Source: an uncultured delta proteobacterium (GTDB lineage Bacteria; Desulfobacterota; WTBG01; CAIYCZ01). Taken from it: a stretch of DNA of 64,000 nt. Numbering within the stretch: position 1 is the first letter of the stretch; each line of letters opens with the position of its first letter. Made by a program: the position numbers and the translations under genes. A model generated the notes under the pieces. It saw only the letters and a list, made by a program, of their open reading frames with translations, made no database searches and was not told where the DNA came from. Shown here one piece after another: positions 43,314 to 54,251 of this stretch. Where the stretch lies: NCBI GenBank assembly GCA_963803975.1, contig CAWDOY010000039.1:30911-94910 (forward strand). The letters run 5' to 3'.

Positions 43314-44243
43314 GTGCTGAAGACCGTTGCTGTCTGCATTACCTTTACACTGATGTTCGCACTATCGCTGTTTGCCGGCGTGAAACAGCAGACAGCTTAT
43401 TTTAGTTTCGCCTTTCAGGAAGGAGATGCCCGGGCGGCAGCCACGCTCCTGAAACAAGCGGACACCATCGCACAGGACATTATTGATGAATTCGGCCTTG
43501 CCCTCCAGAAACCTGTTGACGTCATCATCGCCCCGACCGCGGAAGCATTCCACCGCATGCAGCCGGCAGGAGCGCGTGTTCCCGCCTGGGCCATCGGGGT
43601 TGCCTATCCAGCAGATAATCTCATCATACTGCTCTCCCCCCGGGTCCGCCAGCGAGGGCGCATCGACCTGATAAAAACCTTTCAGCACGAGCTTATCCAT
43701 ATCGCCCTCGGCCAGGCATTTAGGGGCAGCGAGCATGTGCCGCGCTGGCTTAACGAGGGGCTGGCCATGATTGCAGGGCAGGAGTGGAGCGTTGCGCGGC
43801 TCTCCACCATTACTTTTGCCGTGCTGGGAAGAAAACTGATTCCCATGGACAAAATAACAGAAACATTTCCCTGGGATCCCGGGCAGGCAGAGCTGGCGTA
43901 TTGTGAAAGCTTCTATTTCATCTCCTTTTTAAAGGGCCGGTTTGGAAACGATGCCTTCAGAAAATTTATGGGGGCATACATCACCCATAAAAATTTTAAA
44001 GAGGCGCTGCAGGATGCGTACCTGGTGCGCTGGGAGGATATGGAGGAACTCTGGCTTTCCTATCTAAATGTCCGCTTCAGCTGGATTCCGCTCATCACCA
44101 GCTCTACAACGCTGTGGTTTCTGGCAACGCTGATTTTTCTTCTTGGCTATTTGAGAAAAAAAAGAATGAATCGCTTGAAGCTTGCGGAGTGGAAGAAAGA
44201 GGAAGAGTTTTTATATCCGCCGGATAAACACCTGCTGCATTAA
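43314..44243 (+). CDS. peptidase MA-family zinc metallopeptidase with signal peptide and C-terminal TM helix
   Basis: HELIH, PRWLNEGLA, LAY.ES. Confidence 0.88.
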   Translation: MLKTVAVCITFTLMFALSLFAGVKQQTAYFSFAFQEGDARAAATLLKQADTIAQDIIDEFGLALQKPVDVIIAPTAEAFHRMQPAGARVPAWAIGVAYPADNLIILLSPRVRQRGRIDLIKTFQHELIHIALGQAFRGSEHVPRWLNEGLAMIAGQEWSVARLSTITFAVLGRKLIPMDKITETFPWDPGQAELAYCESFYFISFLKGRFGNDAFRKFMGAYITHKNFKEALQDAYLVRWEDMEELWLSYLNVRFSWIPLITSSTTLWFLATLIFLLGYLRKKRMNRLKLAEWKKEEEFLYPPDKHLLH

Positions 44244-44394
44244 CGCTGTCTTGCATTTTTTTAATCCCAATTTCCAAACCCTGCATTTCATTTTTATTGA
44301 TGCCCTCCCTTTAAAAGGGGAGGAATACTTCTGTGTGGTTCTGTGCTTTTCTAAGGCTGAACTTTAAAAGCAGAGGCAGAGATTGCTCTGCTTT

Positions 44395-44790
44395 TTAATC
44401 CCCCGCTGTATCCCACGGCAGGGCATAGTCATTTTCTGAAAGCTGAAAAATTTTTTCTACTGGTCCAATGACCAGCCCCTTTTCAATGTGCAGCTGCGGG
44501 TAGGTTTTGCGAAAAGCAGTTATTCCGGATGTATCGCCGCGACCCGGATTACTGCTCGATTTAATCTCTATGGGGTAATAGATGCCGTCCCGTTCAAGAA
44601 CCATATCCACCTCTGCACCGCCATGGCTGCGCCAATGATAGATATTGGGCTTTGGCGAAAGCACTGAGCACAGTTTTCGGATCTCCCCGGCAACGGCAGT
44701 CTCAAACAGAGCCCCCCATAACGGATGACCACCGATTGCCCGTGGTGACGATATGGCGCATGCAGTGCAAGCAAGTCCGGTATCTGCAAT
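44395..44790 (-). pseudogene. 3' remnant of an AAA ATPase-DUF4143 gene
   Basis: ADTGL, GALFET.V, YHWR...GAEVD.V, PIEIKS; no ATPase domain or room for it upstream. Confidence 0.75.
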
Positions 44791-44856
44791 ACCTTGATAA
44801 TTAGTATTGACAGTACTAATTGTCAAGGTATTTTTATATTGATTTCGTATTATCTA

Positions 44857-45616
44857 TTATCTGATTGCCACGCTATTGCGCAGCGTTCCAATCCCCTCAA
44901 TCCTCACCTCGACCACATCCCCGACCTGCATCGGCCCGATTCCTTCAGGCGTACCGGTGGCAATCACATCTCCGGGCAGCAGGGTCATAACCCGCGATAT
45001 AAACGAGACCAGAGCAGGTCACCGGAAAGATGAGGTCGCGGGTTGAGGCTGACTGTTTTTTTTCTCTGTTTAAGAATGTTTCAATGAGCACATCCGACGG
45101 GTCAAACGCTGTTTCAATAAAAGGCCCCAGCGGCGCAAAGGTGTCAAAGCCCTTGGCGCGGGTCCACTGCCGGTCTTTTTTCTGCAGGTCGCGGGCAGTG
45201 ACATCATTAACGCAGGTATAGCCAAGGATATAGTCTGAAGCCTGCTCAACAGTAACAGACTGACAGTGCCTGCCGATCACAACCCCAAGTTCCCCTTCAT
45301 AATCAACCCGTTTTGACATGGCGGGATAGATAATCTTTTCTTCCGGGCCGATGACTGCCGTGGACGGCTTCAGAAAGAGTATCGGCTCTTCCGGCAGTTC
45401 CATTTTAACTTCTGCCGCATGGGTGCGGTAATTGAGCCCCACGGCAACTATTTTTGAAGGAGCGCAGGGGGCGAGAACCGTAAGCGTGTTCAAAGGGAAT
45501 CTGACATCAAGAACCTGATAGGTGCCAAAGATGTCCCCGGCAATTTCCTGCACCGCGTCTCCGGAAACTGCGCCGTAGAATATTTTATGGTCTTTTACAA
45601 ACCGGCCTAATTTCAC
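44857..45616 (-). CDS. fumarylacetoacetate-hydrolase-family protein (frameshift ~45015)
   Basis: [42 protein letters not shown]; the shifted frame has [16 protein letters not shown]. Confidence 0.92.
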
Positions 45617-45840
45617 ATTTATTTCCTTTCGATCAGCTGTTCTTTTGCAGCCAGACTCCCGACATTAGCTGGAATGCAAGGAAACTGTGGCAAAAGCTAT
45701 CAGCGGTCAGCCTTCAGCTTTCGAGCATTCGCTTTCCGCGTTTCGCTTCCCTGATCCCGAACCCCCAAAACCCAGTTCCGAATCCGAGTTCCAGATGTAA
45801 TCATTTTTACTTCACCCGTCAAGCCTGATTTAAGCATAAA

Positions 45841-45869
45841 TTGACACCCGCTGCGGAAGATGTTACAAA
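45841..45869 (+). promoter_or_regulatory. sigma70 promoter of the ABC operon
   Basis: TTGACA-17 nt-TACAAA with extended -10 TG. Confidence 0.5.
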
Positions 45870-45926
45870 GATTCTCTGTTTTTGTTTCAGGCGGTACCTA
45901 TTAATATATATAATATATAGATAGCT

Positions 45927-46877
45927 ATGAGTTCGACAATAAACACCATAGAAGTAGAACATCTCACAAAATTCTACGGCTCAGCACGGGGAGTTATTGA
46001 TGTCTCCTTTTCAGTAGCACGGGGGGAAATCATGGGGTTTCTCGGGCCGAACGGCTCCGGAAAAACCACCACCATGAGAATCCTCACCTGTTTTTTCCCC
46101 CAGACCAGCGGCACGGCACGCATCTGCGGATTTGATACGGTACAGGACCCGCTTGAGGTGCGCCGGAGGATCGGCTACCTGCCGGAAAGCGTGCCGCTCT
46201 ATCTTGAGATGCCGGTTTTTTCCTATCTCAGATTTTTTGCAGAAGTGAAGGGCATCCCCCGGGCTAAAAGAAGGGCTAAGGTTGACGAGGTGATTCAGCG
46301 CTGCGGCATTGATAGCGTTGCCTGCCGTCTCATTGGAAAACTGTCCAAGGGCTACCGGCAGCGGGTGGGCATTGCCCAGTCACTGCTCCACGATCCGGAC
46401 GTGCTTATTCTGGATGAGCCCACTATCGGTCTTGACCCGAAGCAGATTATCGATATCAGAAATTTAATCAAGAGCCTCGGCGGGAAGCAGACCGTTATTT
46501 TGAGCACCCACATACTTCCCGAGGTGAGCATGACCTGTGACCGGGTCATCATCATCCATGAGGGCAGGCTGGTTGCCGTGGATACCCCGGCAAACCTGAT
46601 CAAGCATCTGCAGGAAGTTCCAACGGTGTTAATAAAAGCAGAGGGTCGGGCACGCGATATTATGGATGCCCTCAGCAAAGTTCCCGGGGTCCTGAGCGTA
46701 AAGGAAGCGTCCAGTGCCTATGATGTAACCGGTTTTCATGTGGAGACACAAAAAGAGGGTTCTTTGATAAATGAACTTGCCCGTACGGTCTGCGATGGCG
46801 GCTGGAAGCTGCGGGAAATACGGCCGGTAGACATGACCCTGGAAGAGATATTTATAAAACTGGTAACGAGGGAGTAG
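45927..46877 (+). CDS. ABC transporter ATP-binding protein (GldA-like)
   Basis: GPNGSGKTT, LSKGYRQR, ILDEPT.GLDP, STH. Confidence 0.95.
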   Translation: MSSTINTIEVEHLTKFYGSARGVIDVSFSVARGEIMGFLGPNGSGKTTTMRILTCFFPQTSGTARICGFDTVQDPLEVRRRIGYLPESVPLYLEMPVFSYLRFFAEVKGIPRAKRRAKVDEVIQRCGIDSVACRLIGKLSKGYRQRVGIAQSLLHDPDVLILDEPTIGLDPKQIIDIRNLIKSLGGKQTVILSTHILPEVSMTCDRVIIIHEGRLVAVDTPANLIKHLQEVPTVLIKAEGRARDIMDALSKVPGVLSVKEASSAYDVTGFHVETQKEGSLINELARTVCDGGWKLREIRPVDMTLEEIFIKLVTRE

Positions 46878-47000
46878 GGGTCACGGGACTTGTGACCAGT
46901 GGCCAGTGACTTGTGAGCTAAAAAAACGGATCACGAGTCACAAGACACGGGTCACTATTTAAGCTGACAGCTGTCAGCTCCTTGGAAAAAAGCAGAGACT

Positions 47001-47741
47001 ATGAACATGTTTGCCATACTTAAAAGAGAACTGAAGGCATACTTCACCTCTCTCATTGCCTATATCGTCATAGCAGTATTTCTGGTCATTTCCGGGTACT
47101 TCTTCTACACCAACCTGGTCATGTTTGTCATGTGGGTAGGCTCAGATGTGAAGACCGGGCTCTGGCAGTATACCTTCCAGGATATGCGCTTTATTCTGCT
47201 GCTGCTGCTGCCGCTGCTCACCATGCGCCTGTTTGCCGAGGAGAAGAAGCTGGGCACTATTGAGCTTCTGTTTACCAATCCGCTGCGGGACAGCGAAATA
47301 CTCTTTGGCAAATATCTGGCATGCCTGGCGGTTTTTGTGCTCATGCTGGTTCTTACCGTGCTCTATCCCATACTTCTTGCCATAGTCTATAACGTTGACA
47401 TCGGCCCGGTTGCTGCCGGCTATGCAGGGCTTTTTCTGCTGGGTGCCGCGTTTATCGCCTGCGGCATTTTTATCTCATCGCTCACTGAAAATCAGATCGT
47501 TGCTGCCATAGCAACCATGGGCGTGCTGGTGTTTTTCTGGTTCATTGACTGGAATGAGGGGATTGCCGGTGAAAAGGCCATGGTTGTGCTTCACCAGTTT
47601 TCCCTGTTTGAGCATTTCTTTAACTTTACCAGGGGCGTGATTGAGACCGAAGACATTGTCTACTATCTGAGCCTGATTGCATTTTTCCTGTTCCTGACCC
47701 AGCGGTCAATGGAATCGAGAAAGTGGCGAGGCCTGGCATGA
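47001..47741 (+). CDS. ABC-2 permease (GldF-like)
   Basis: KREL..YF.S, PLLTMRLFAEEKKLGTIELL.T.P, SSLTENQIVA. Confidence 0.92.
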   Translation: MNMFAILKRELKAYFTSLIAYIVIAVFLVISGYFFYTNLVMFVMWVGSDVKTGLWQYTFQDMRFILLLLLPLLTMRLFAEEKKLGTIELLFTNPLRDSEILFGKYLACLAVFVLMLVLTVLYPILLAIVYNVDIGPVAAGYAGLFLLGAAFIACGIFISSLTENQIVAAIATMGVLVFFWFIDWNEGIAGEKAMVVLHQFSLFEHFFNFTRGVIETEDIVYYLSLIAFFLFLTQRSMESRKWRGLA

Positions 47742-49147
47742 ATCCTGGGCAGCGGACATCAAAGCAGGTTCTGGTGCGCTGGGCAGAGCTGGCGCTGCTG
47801 GTCTCTTTTTTTACCGGCATTCTTATCCTGGTAAATATTATGGCCTACCGCCACAGCACGCGCTTTGATTTAACGCCGGGAAAGAAGTTCACCCTTTCTC
47901 CCCAGTCACTGCAAATTCTCTCTTCCCTGACCGATGATCTGGAAGTAACCATTTTCTACAAAAAGGGGGAGGAGGGGACCTATCAGGACCTTCTGAAAAT
48001 GCTTTCCCGGGCCAGCGATAAATTTCATTACCATGTAATCGATCTGGATAAAAATCCGGCCAGGGCGCAAAGCTACGGCGTCCGGGACTATGGTGCCGGG
48101 GTTGCCGAATACCGGGGCCGGAGGGAGTTCCTGCGCGTCACGAGCGAGGAAAACCTGATTAATGCAATCCTGCGCCTCAAGGATACTGCCGTAAGGACGG
48201 TGCGCTTTATAACCGGTCACGGGGAAAAAAGCATTACCTCCAGCGATAAAAAAAACAGTTACAGCAATGTCAAGAGTGCTTTAGAGCTGGAGAACTACAA
48301 GGTGGAAGAACTGCTTCTGCTCCAGACCGGTAAAGTCCCCGACGATACTGCCGTTCTGTTCATAGACGGCCCGCAGAAAGATTTTTCTTCGCAGGAAATT
48401 TCAGCTGTTGCGCACTATCTGGAAAAAGGCGGGCGGGCTCTGTTTCTGTGTGACCCGTCTCCCCTGCCGCGCCTGGAAGATTTTCTAAAAACCTTCGGCC
48501 TGGAACTTTCCCGCGATTTTGTCGTCGACCGCGAAAGCAAGCTGTATGAGCTTGATGAAATGACCCCCCTGATATTTCCGGATAAGAACAGCCCCATCAC
48601 CAGCCGGATGAAAGAGGCAGCTCTGTTTCCGCTATGCAGATCAGTCATTCCCGCCGGGCAACCCCGGAATGATCTTTTTGTCACGGTTATCGCACGCTCC
48701 GGCCCGCGCAGCTGGGCAGAGCGAAACACCCAGAGCGTGTATAATGGCAGTGCGGGATTTGACAAGGAGAGTGATGATCCGGGGCCCGTGCCGGTAGCAG
48801 TAACGGTGGAAGGCGCACCGCCTGCCGGGCAGGAAGCGCAGCCGTCCGGCCGGGTTTCGCGTGCAGCACTGCGCCTGGCGGTGATGGGCGACTCAGACTT
48901 TATCACCAATCAGTACCTGGATGTCCTGGGCAATAGGGACTTGTTCTTGAACACCATCAACTGGCTTGCAGAGCGGGCAGATCTCGTCACCATCAGGCCT
49001 AAAACAGAACAGACCGCAGTCTCCATGCTGTTTCTGACCGAAGGGGAGAATCAGCTTATTCTCTGGGCAGCAGTTATCATTGAGCCGGCGCTGGTTGTGC
49101 TGGCCGGTATAGCAGTGGTTCTGTGGCGGAGGCGGTTCAGGAGATGA
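47738..49147 (+). CDS. GldG-family ABC auxiliary protein
   Basis: RFDLT..K.FTLS.QS, F.TGHGE, GDSDF, GNRDLFLN.INWL; ATGA-coupled. Confidence 0.9.
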   Translation: MNPGQRTSKQVLVRWAELALLVSFFTGILILVNIMAYRHSTRFDLTPGKKFTLSPQSLQILSSLTDDLEVTIFYKKGEEGTYQDLLKMLSRASDKFHYHVIDLDKNPARAQSYGVRDYGAGVAEYRGRREFLRVTSEENLINAILRLKDTAVRTVRFITGHGEKSITSSDKKNSYSNVKSALELENYKVEELLLLQTGKVPDDTAVLFIDGPQKDFSSQEISAVAHYLEKGGRALFLCDPSPLPRLEDFLKTFGLELSRDFVVDRESKLYELDEMTPLIFPDKNSPITSRMKEAALFPLCRSVIPAGQPRNDLFVTVIARSGPRSWAERNTQSVYNGSAGFDKESDDPGPVPVAVTVEGAPPAGQEAQPSGRVSRAALRLAVMGDSDFITNQYLDVLGNRDLFLNTINWLAERADLVTIRPKTEQTAVSMLFLTEGENQLILWAAVIIEPALVVLAGIAVVLWRRRFRR

Positions 49148-49680
49148 AGATACAACGGCTGCTTCTCTTTGCCGCAGTGTTTTGCGCACTGCTTGGCTAT
49201 GTGGTAATCTTTGAGTCACCGGCCCCGAAAAAATCAAAGGCAGTTCAGCAACAGCTGGTCAAAGTATTTTCCTTTCCGGAAAGCGCTATAAAGAGCATAG
49301 AAATCCGCAGAGGCCCTGTTCAGGCAACACTCACCCGGCATGACCAGCTCTGGGAATTGTCATCTCCTGACCATGCAGTACTTAATCAGGATCAGGTCGA
49401 AAGCCTGCTCTCTTCCATAACCGGCCTGGTAAGAATCGAGGTGGTGAGTGAGGGGACAGAAGAGCTGAGCCAGTATGGCCTGGTAAATCCTGACATGAGC
49501 ATTACCCTCGCCCTTGAGGCAGCACCGCCGGTCACGCTCTTTATCGGCACTAACTGCCCTACCGGGGTCAGCATGTATGGCCAGATAAAAGGAACTAAAG
49601 AAGTGATTCAGATTGGTACCCTGCTCAGGTTTTCCATCAATTCCTTTCTTGATATATTTGCCCGCCCTGCTTCTCGCTGA
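49144..49680 (+). CDS. DUF4340-type protein
   Basis: N-terminal TM helix, LSQYGL..P, LFIG...P; usual fourth gene of Gld-like operons. Confidence 0.75.
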   Translation: MKIQRLLLFAAVFCALLGYVVIFESPAPKKSKAVQQQLVKVFSFPESAIKSIEIRRGPVQATLTRHDQLWELSSPDHAVLNQDQVESLLSSITGLVRIEVVSEGTEELSQYGLVNPDMSITLALEAAPPVTLFIGTNCPTGVSMYGQIKGTKEVIQIGTLLRFSINSFLDIFARPASR

Positions 49681-49860
49681 AGGCTTCAGTGGCGTGTTGT
49701 ATGCCCCCACATTTTCTTAAGAAAATTCAGGCAGCATTTTTTTATTTTTTTATTGATATTTTTTTGGTATGTATGGTAAAAGTTACTTTTTGCTTTTCCC
49801 CACCGCAACAGGCAATAGAGTCTTAGGGTAAAAAAGAAATACAGCAACGAAGGGAGACGT

Positions 49861-50889
49861 ATGGAAGAACTGCTTTTAAGCAACGAGGCGCTTGTTCCAT
49901 GGCTGACCGAACTTCTGGCAAGCGGCCGGGAAGTTATCGGCGTGAAACGGCATCTGCAGAAGTACCGGTTTGAGAAGCTGGAGAAACCCGAGGAGGCGGT
50001 ACTGGACTATGATGTGACTCTGCAGTCACCAAAGAAATTTATCTTTCCTCCCCGCGAAGACCTGGTAACGTTCAAGGGCACCGAGGCAAGCAGGCCGCAG
50101 GCAGACAAAACCGAGCGGATTATCTTTGGCGTGCACCCCTATGACATTCATGCCATTTCCGTGCTCGATGATGTATTTAGTGACGGTCAGAAGGACCCGT
50201 ATTATCTTGAGCAGCGGGCCCGCACCATCATCGTGGGCGTGGATGTGCAGAAGCCATCGCTCAATGCCTTCTGCTCCAGCATGGGTACCGCAACTGCTGA
50301 GGACGGCTTTGACCTGATGCTCACCCCCATCGAAGGAGCATACTTTGTGCGCGTGGCAACTGCAGCGGGAAAGAAAATCCTTCCGCAAAAGCTCACGAAA
50401 ACCCCTGCCGACAGCCAGCGTGCCCAGTTTCAAAAAGAGCAGGGAAAGGCGCAGGTGCGCTTTGCGCTGAACCGCGTTACCACCCCGGTGAAAGAGCTGC
50501 CCGCGCTGCTGGAAAAAAATCAGCACCACCCGGTGTGGGAAGAGCTGGAGAAGCGCTGTCTGGGTTGCGGCTCATGCAACCTGGTATGTCCTACCTGCTA
50601 CTGCTTTGATGTCAAGGATGACGTGGCGCTTGACATCTCCGGCGGGGTCCGCTACCGCACCTGGGACGGGTGCCTGCTCAAGGATTTCACCCGGGTTGCC
50701 TCCGGTGAAGTGTTTCGCGAATCACGCGCCCACCGCAACCGGCACCGCTTTTTCCGCAAGGGGAAATACATGATTGAAAAATACAACAAGCCCGGATGCG
50801 TCGGGTGCGGCCGCTGCACAACCCACTGCCTTGCCGATATCAATCCGGTCGAGGTTTTTAATGCCCTAGCCCAGAAGGAGGTCCAATAA
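49861..50889 (+). CDS. hydB: group 3b (sulf)hydrogenase beta subunit (AsrA-like 4Fe-4S)
   Basis: CLGCGSC.LVCPTCYCF, WDGC, CVGCGRC...C. Confidence 0.9.
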   Translation: MEELLLSNEALVPWLTELLASGREVIGVKRHLQKYRFEKLEKPEEAVLDYDVTLQSPKKFIFPPREDLVTFKGTEASRPQADKTERIIFGVHPYDIHAISVLDDVFSDGQKDPYYLEQRARTIIVGVDVQKPSLNAFCSSMGTATAEDGFDLMLTPIEGAYFVRVATAAGKKILPQKLTKTPADSQRAQFQKEQGKAQVRFALNRVTTPVKELPALLEKNQHHPVWEELEKRCLGCGSCNLVCPTCYCFDVKDDVALDISGGVRYRTWDGCLLKDFTRVASGEVFRESRAHRNRHRFFRKGKYMIEKYNKPGCVGCGRCTTHCLADINPVEVFNALAQKEVQ

Positions 50890-51727
50890 TGCAACCAGCA
50901 GAACAATTGAGCTCTCCCTATGTACCGGAAAAGGCAACCATCAAAAAAATTACTCAGCTCACGGAGACTGAGAAGCTGTTCCTGGTATCTATTGACAGCG
51001 GACGGAGCCTCGGGCACGCACCCGGACAGTTTGTAGAAGTATCGCTCTTTGGCATCGGCGAAGGGCCTATCTCCATCTCCTCTCCCCCGGCCAGGGACAA
51101 CACCTTTGAGCTCGGGGTGCGGGCAGCAGGAAATCTCACCAAGGCGCTCCACGGCCTGAAAAGCGGCGATGCCATCGGCATTCGCGGGCCGTTTGGCCAT
51201 GGCTTTCCGGTTGAGAACCTGATGGGCAAAGACCTGCTCTTTGTTGCCGGCGGCATCGGCCTGGTTCCGCTGCGCTCCCTGATCAAGTACAGCCTGGAGC
51301 ACCGCGATGCGTTCGGCCGCATCATCATCCTGTTCGGCTCGCGCTCGCCACAGGAGCGTCTGTTTACCGATGAGCTTGCCGCGTGGTCCAAGCGCAGCGA
51401 CATTGAGTTTCTGGAAACGGTTGACCGGTCTGATGACGGCTGGAAGGGAAACGTGGGCGTCATCACCACCCTGTTTAAAAAAATAACCATCGAGCCGCGG
51501 AAAACAGCGGTCATGATCGTGGGCCCCCCGGTCATGTACAAGTATGCGCTTCTTGAGGTCAAGGAAAAGGAAGTGCCCAGAAACAGAATATCTGGCTGTC
51601 ACTTGAGCGCCGCATGAAATGCGGATTGGGCAAGTGCGGTCACTGCCAGATCAACAACTACTATGTCTGTCAGGAAGGCCCGGTGTTTGCGTATCCACAG
51701 ATAGAAGAGAAAGAGGAGGCCCTGTAA
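50889..51727 (+). CDS. hydG: group 3b hydrogenase gamma subunit (FAD/NAD(P), 2Fe-2S; frameshift ~51585)
   Basis: PGQF, GE.PISISS, RGPFG.GF, AGGIGL.P, GPPVM; shifted frame [18 protein letters not shown]...CQEGPVF. Confidence 0.92.
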
Positions 51728-51728
51728 C

Positions 51729-52469
51729 ATGAAACCAAAAATTGCATTTTTTGATTTTGCCAGCTGCGAGGGCTGCCAGCTCCAGGTGGTCAACCTGGAG
51801 ATGGAAATACCAACCCTGCTCGAACTGGTAGACATTGTCGCATTTCGCGAAGCAATGACAGAAGCGAGCGATGATTATGCCATTGCCTTTGTCGAGGGAT
51901 CAATCACCCGGGAATCAGACATCCCGCGCTTGAAGAAGATCAGAGAGCGTGCCACAGTATTAGTAGCGCTGGGTGCCTGCGCCTCCAGCGGAGGGCTGAA
52001 TGCCCTGAAAAACAGAATGGGCATGGATACGGTTAAAAATATTGTGTACGGAGACAAAGCCGGCCAGTTTGAAACATTTCCGGCCCGGCCCATCCATGCG
52101 GTAGTGCCGGTGGACGTTCACATTCCCGGCTGCCCGATTCACAAGGAAGAGTTCGTGCGCGTGGTGCAGGCGCTGCTGCTGGGGAAAAAGCCGGAAATTC
52201 CTGATTACCCGGTGTGCGTTGAATGCAAGCTTAAAGATAACCTGTGTGTGTATGAGCTGGGGCAGAAGTGCCTCGGCCCGATTTCACGGGCCGGATGCGG
52301 GGCCTGGTGCCCGAGCAATGTTGACGCCTGCGAGGGATGCCGGGGGTTCATCAGCGAGCCGAATAAGAATGCCCAGACGGATATCATGAAAAAATACGGT
52401 CTTACTCCGGAGATGATCATGAAGGAGTACCGCTTATTTAATGCCTACACGGAGGACAGCAATGAGTAG
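51729..52469 (+). CDS. hydD: NiFe hydrogenase small (delta) subunit
   Basis: ASCEGCQ, VEGS, GACA..GG, PGCP, CLGP..RAGC.A.CP. Confidence 0.92.
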   Translation: MKPKIAFFDFASCEGCQLQVVNLEMEIPTLLELVDIVAFREAMTEASDDYAIAFVEGSITRESDIPRLKKIRERATVLVALGACASSGGLNALKNRMGMDTVKNIVYGDKAGQFETFPARPIHAVVPVDVHIPGCPIHKEEFVRVVQALLLGKKPEIPDYPVCVECKLKDNLCVYELGQKCLGPISRAGCGAWCPSNVDACEGCRGFISEPNKNAQTDIMKKYGLTPEMIMKEYRLFNAYTEDSNE

Positions 52470-53757
52470 TCAGAATCTTTCCATTAATGTTCATCATGTG
52501 ACCAGAGTCGAGGGCCACGGCGATATCGAGGTGAACCTGAAGAACGGGACCATTGAAAAATGTTCCTGGAACGTGGTGGAGGCGCCCCGTTTTTTTGAGG
52601 CGTTCCTGCAGGGCCGGCCCTACAAGGACGTGAACCACATAACCTCGCGCATCTGCGGCATCTGCTCCATCGGCCACCAGCTGGCTTCGCTCAAGGCAAC
52701 CGAGGCTGCCATGGGAGTAACGATTTCAGAGCAGACCCGGCTGCTGCGGAAGCTGCTGCTGCACGGGGAAAATCTGCAGAGCCATGTGCTGCACACCTAT
52801 TTTCTGGTGGCGCCGGACTTTCTGGGCGTTGGCAGCGTGTTTCCGCTGGTGAAGACGCACAAGGATGTGGTGGTGCGGGCGCTGACGCTTAAAAAACTGG
52901 CAAACGACCTCTGTGATGTTGTGGGCGGCCGTACCGTGCATCCCATCCGCTGCAAGGTGGGCGGTTTTTCCTGCCTGCCCAAGGTCTCGGAGCTTGAACA
53001 GGCCCGGGCGCGGCTCGAAGCGGCACGCCCCGAGATTGAAAAGACCGCCGAGCTTTTTGCCACGCTGAAAATACCCGCCTTTGAGCGCGAGACCGAATAT
53101 ATCGGCCTCTATTCAAAAACCGAATACCCGCTCTATGAAGGAGAGCTCTGCTCCTCCGATGCGGGGACCTATAAAGACGAGGACTATCTCGCGGTCACCA
53201 ACGAGTATATCGTGCCGCAGTCAACCGCCAAATACGCCAAAAACAAGAGGGACGCCTACATGGCAGGGGCCCTTGCCCGCTTCAACCTGAATTATGAAAC
53301 GCTGCACCCCAAGGCGAAAAAGGCCGCTGCCGCCCTCAACCTGAAGGCGCCCTGCCACAACCCCTTTATGATTTCCGTGGCCCAGGTGGTTGAGATTGTC
53401 GATTCACTTGAAAACGCCATAACACTGATCGATACCATTCTAAAGCGCGGCCTCCAGGAGGAAGCGCTGGAGATCAAGCCCCGGGCCGGCCGCGGCGTGG
53501 GCATCGTGGAAGTCCCCCGGGGGATCCTGTTCCACGACTATACCTATAATGAAAAGGGCGAAATCCTGAAGGCAAACTGCATCATCCCGACCAATCAGAA
53601 TCATGCTAATATCCAGAAGGATATGGAGAAATTTCTGCCCATGATTCTTGACAAGAGCCAGGATGAGATCCGGCTTGGCCTTGAGATGCTGGTGCGGGCC
53701 TATGACCCGTGCATCTCATGCTCGACCCATTATCTGGATGTGAAGTTTATTGCATAG
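52462..53757 (+). CDS. hydA: NiFe hydrogenase large (alpha) subunit, group 3b
   Basis: TRVEGHG, RICGIC, EVPRG.L.H, DPCISCSTH plus an 8-residue cleavable tail. Confidence 0.96.
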   Translation: MSSQNLSINVHHVTRVEGHGDIEVNLKNGTIEKCSWNVVEAPRFFEAFLQGRPYKDVNHITSRICGICSIGHQLASLKATEAAMGVTISEQTRLLRKLLLHGENLQSHVLHTYFLVAPDFLGVGSVFPLVKTHKDVVVRALTLKKLANDLCDVVGGRTVHPIRCKVGGFSCLPKVSELEQARARLEAARPEIEKTAELFATLKIPAFERETEYIGLYSKTEYPLYEGELCSSDAGTYKDEDYLAVTNEYIVPQSTAKYAKNKRDAYMAGALARFNLNYETLHPKAKKAAAALNLKAPCHNPFMISVAQVVEIVDSLENAITLIDTILKRGLQEEALEIKPRAGRGVGIVEVPRGILFHDYTYNEKGEILKANCIIPTNQNHANIQKDMEKFLPMILDKSQDEIRLGLEMLVRAYDPCISCSTHYLDVKFIA

Positions 53758-53844
53758 CGGCGAAGTCAGCAGCGGGCCGTTACGGGCAGTGCGCGCGCCG
53801 CTGCATACCATGTCAACACTCTTAATAGGAAAAGAGGGAAGGCA

Positions 53845-54249
53845 ATGAAAAAGATTTTAATCGTTGATGATGATCCGGATATCGTGGAAGCAATGCGCAT
53901 GGTTCTTGAAGCACAGAACTATGAAGTGCACAGCGCCGTAAACGGAACCGACGGGCTCAAGAAGGTCAAGGCCGTAAACCCTGACCTCATAATCCTTGAT
54001 GTCATGATGGACCAGCTCACGGAGGGGTTTCAGGTCACGTACGCGCTGAAGAATGCCGAGCCGGGGTCTGAGTATGCGGCGTACGCACAGATTCCCATCC
54101 TCATGCTCACGGCCATCGGCAAAGAGACCCACATGAAGTTCAACCCGGAAACCGACAACGACTACCTGCCGGTACAGGCGTTTCTGGAAAAGCCGGTGCA
54201 GCCAAAGATTCTGATTGAAAAAGTGCGCTCTCTGCTCGGCATGACGTAA
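53845..54249 (+). CDS. single-domain response regulator
   Basis: ILIVDDD, LIILDVMM, ILMLTA, KP. Confidence 0.93.
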   Translation: MKKILIVDDDPDIVEAMRMVLEAQNYEVHSAVNGTDGLKKVKAVNPDLIILDVMMDQLTEGFQVTYALKNAEPGSEYAAYAQIPILMLTAIGKETHMKFNPETDNDYLPVQAFLEKPVQPKILIEKVRSLLGMT

Positions 54250-54251
54250 GG

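Noticed and set aside
45927..49680. Gld-like ABC operon as evidence of Bacteroidota-type gliding or T9SS
   Set aside because: This four-gene module is widespread and no GldK/L/M/N or Spr genes are present.
50652..51602. Long antisense ORFs (this 316-aa one, also 30656-31309, 35864-36481, 42251-42865)
   Set aside because: They shadow well-supported genes on the opposite strand and carry no motifs.
52462..53757. NiFeSe hydrogenase
   Set aside because: Both motifs use Cys codons (RICGIC, DPCISC); no in-frame UGA.
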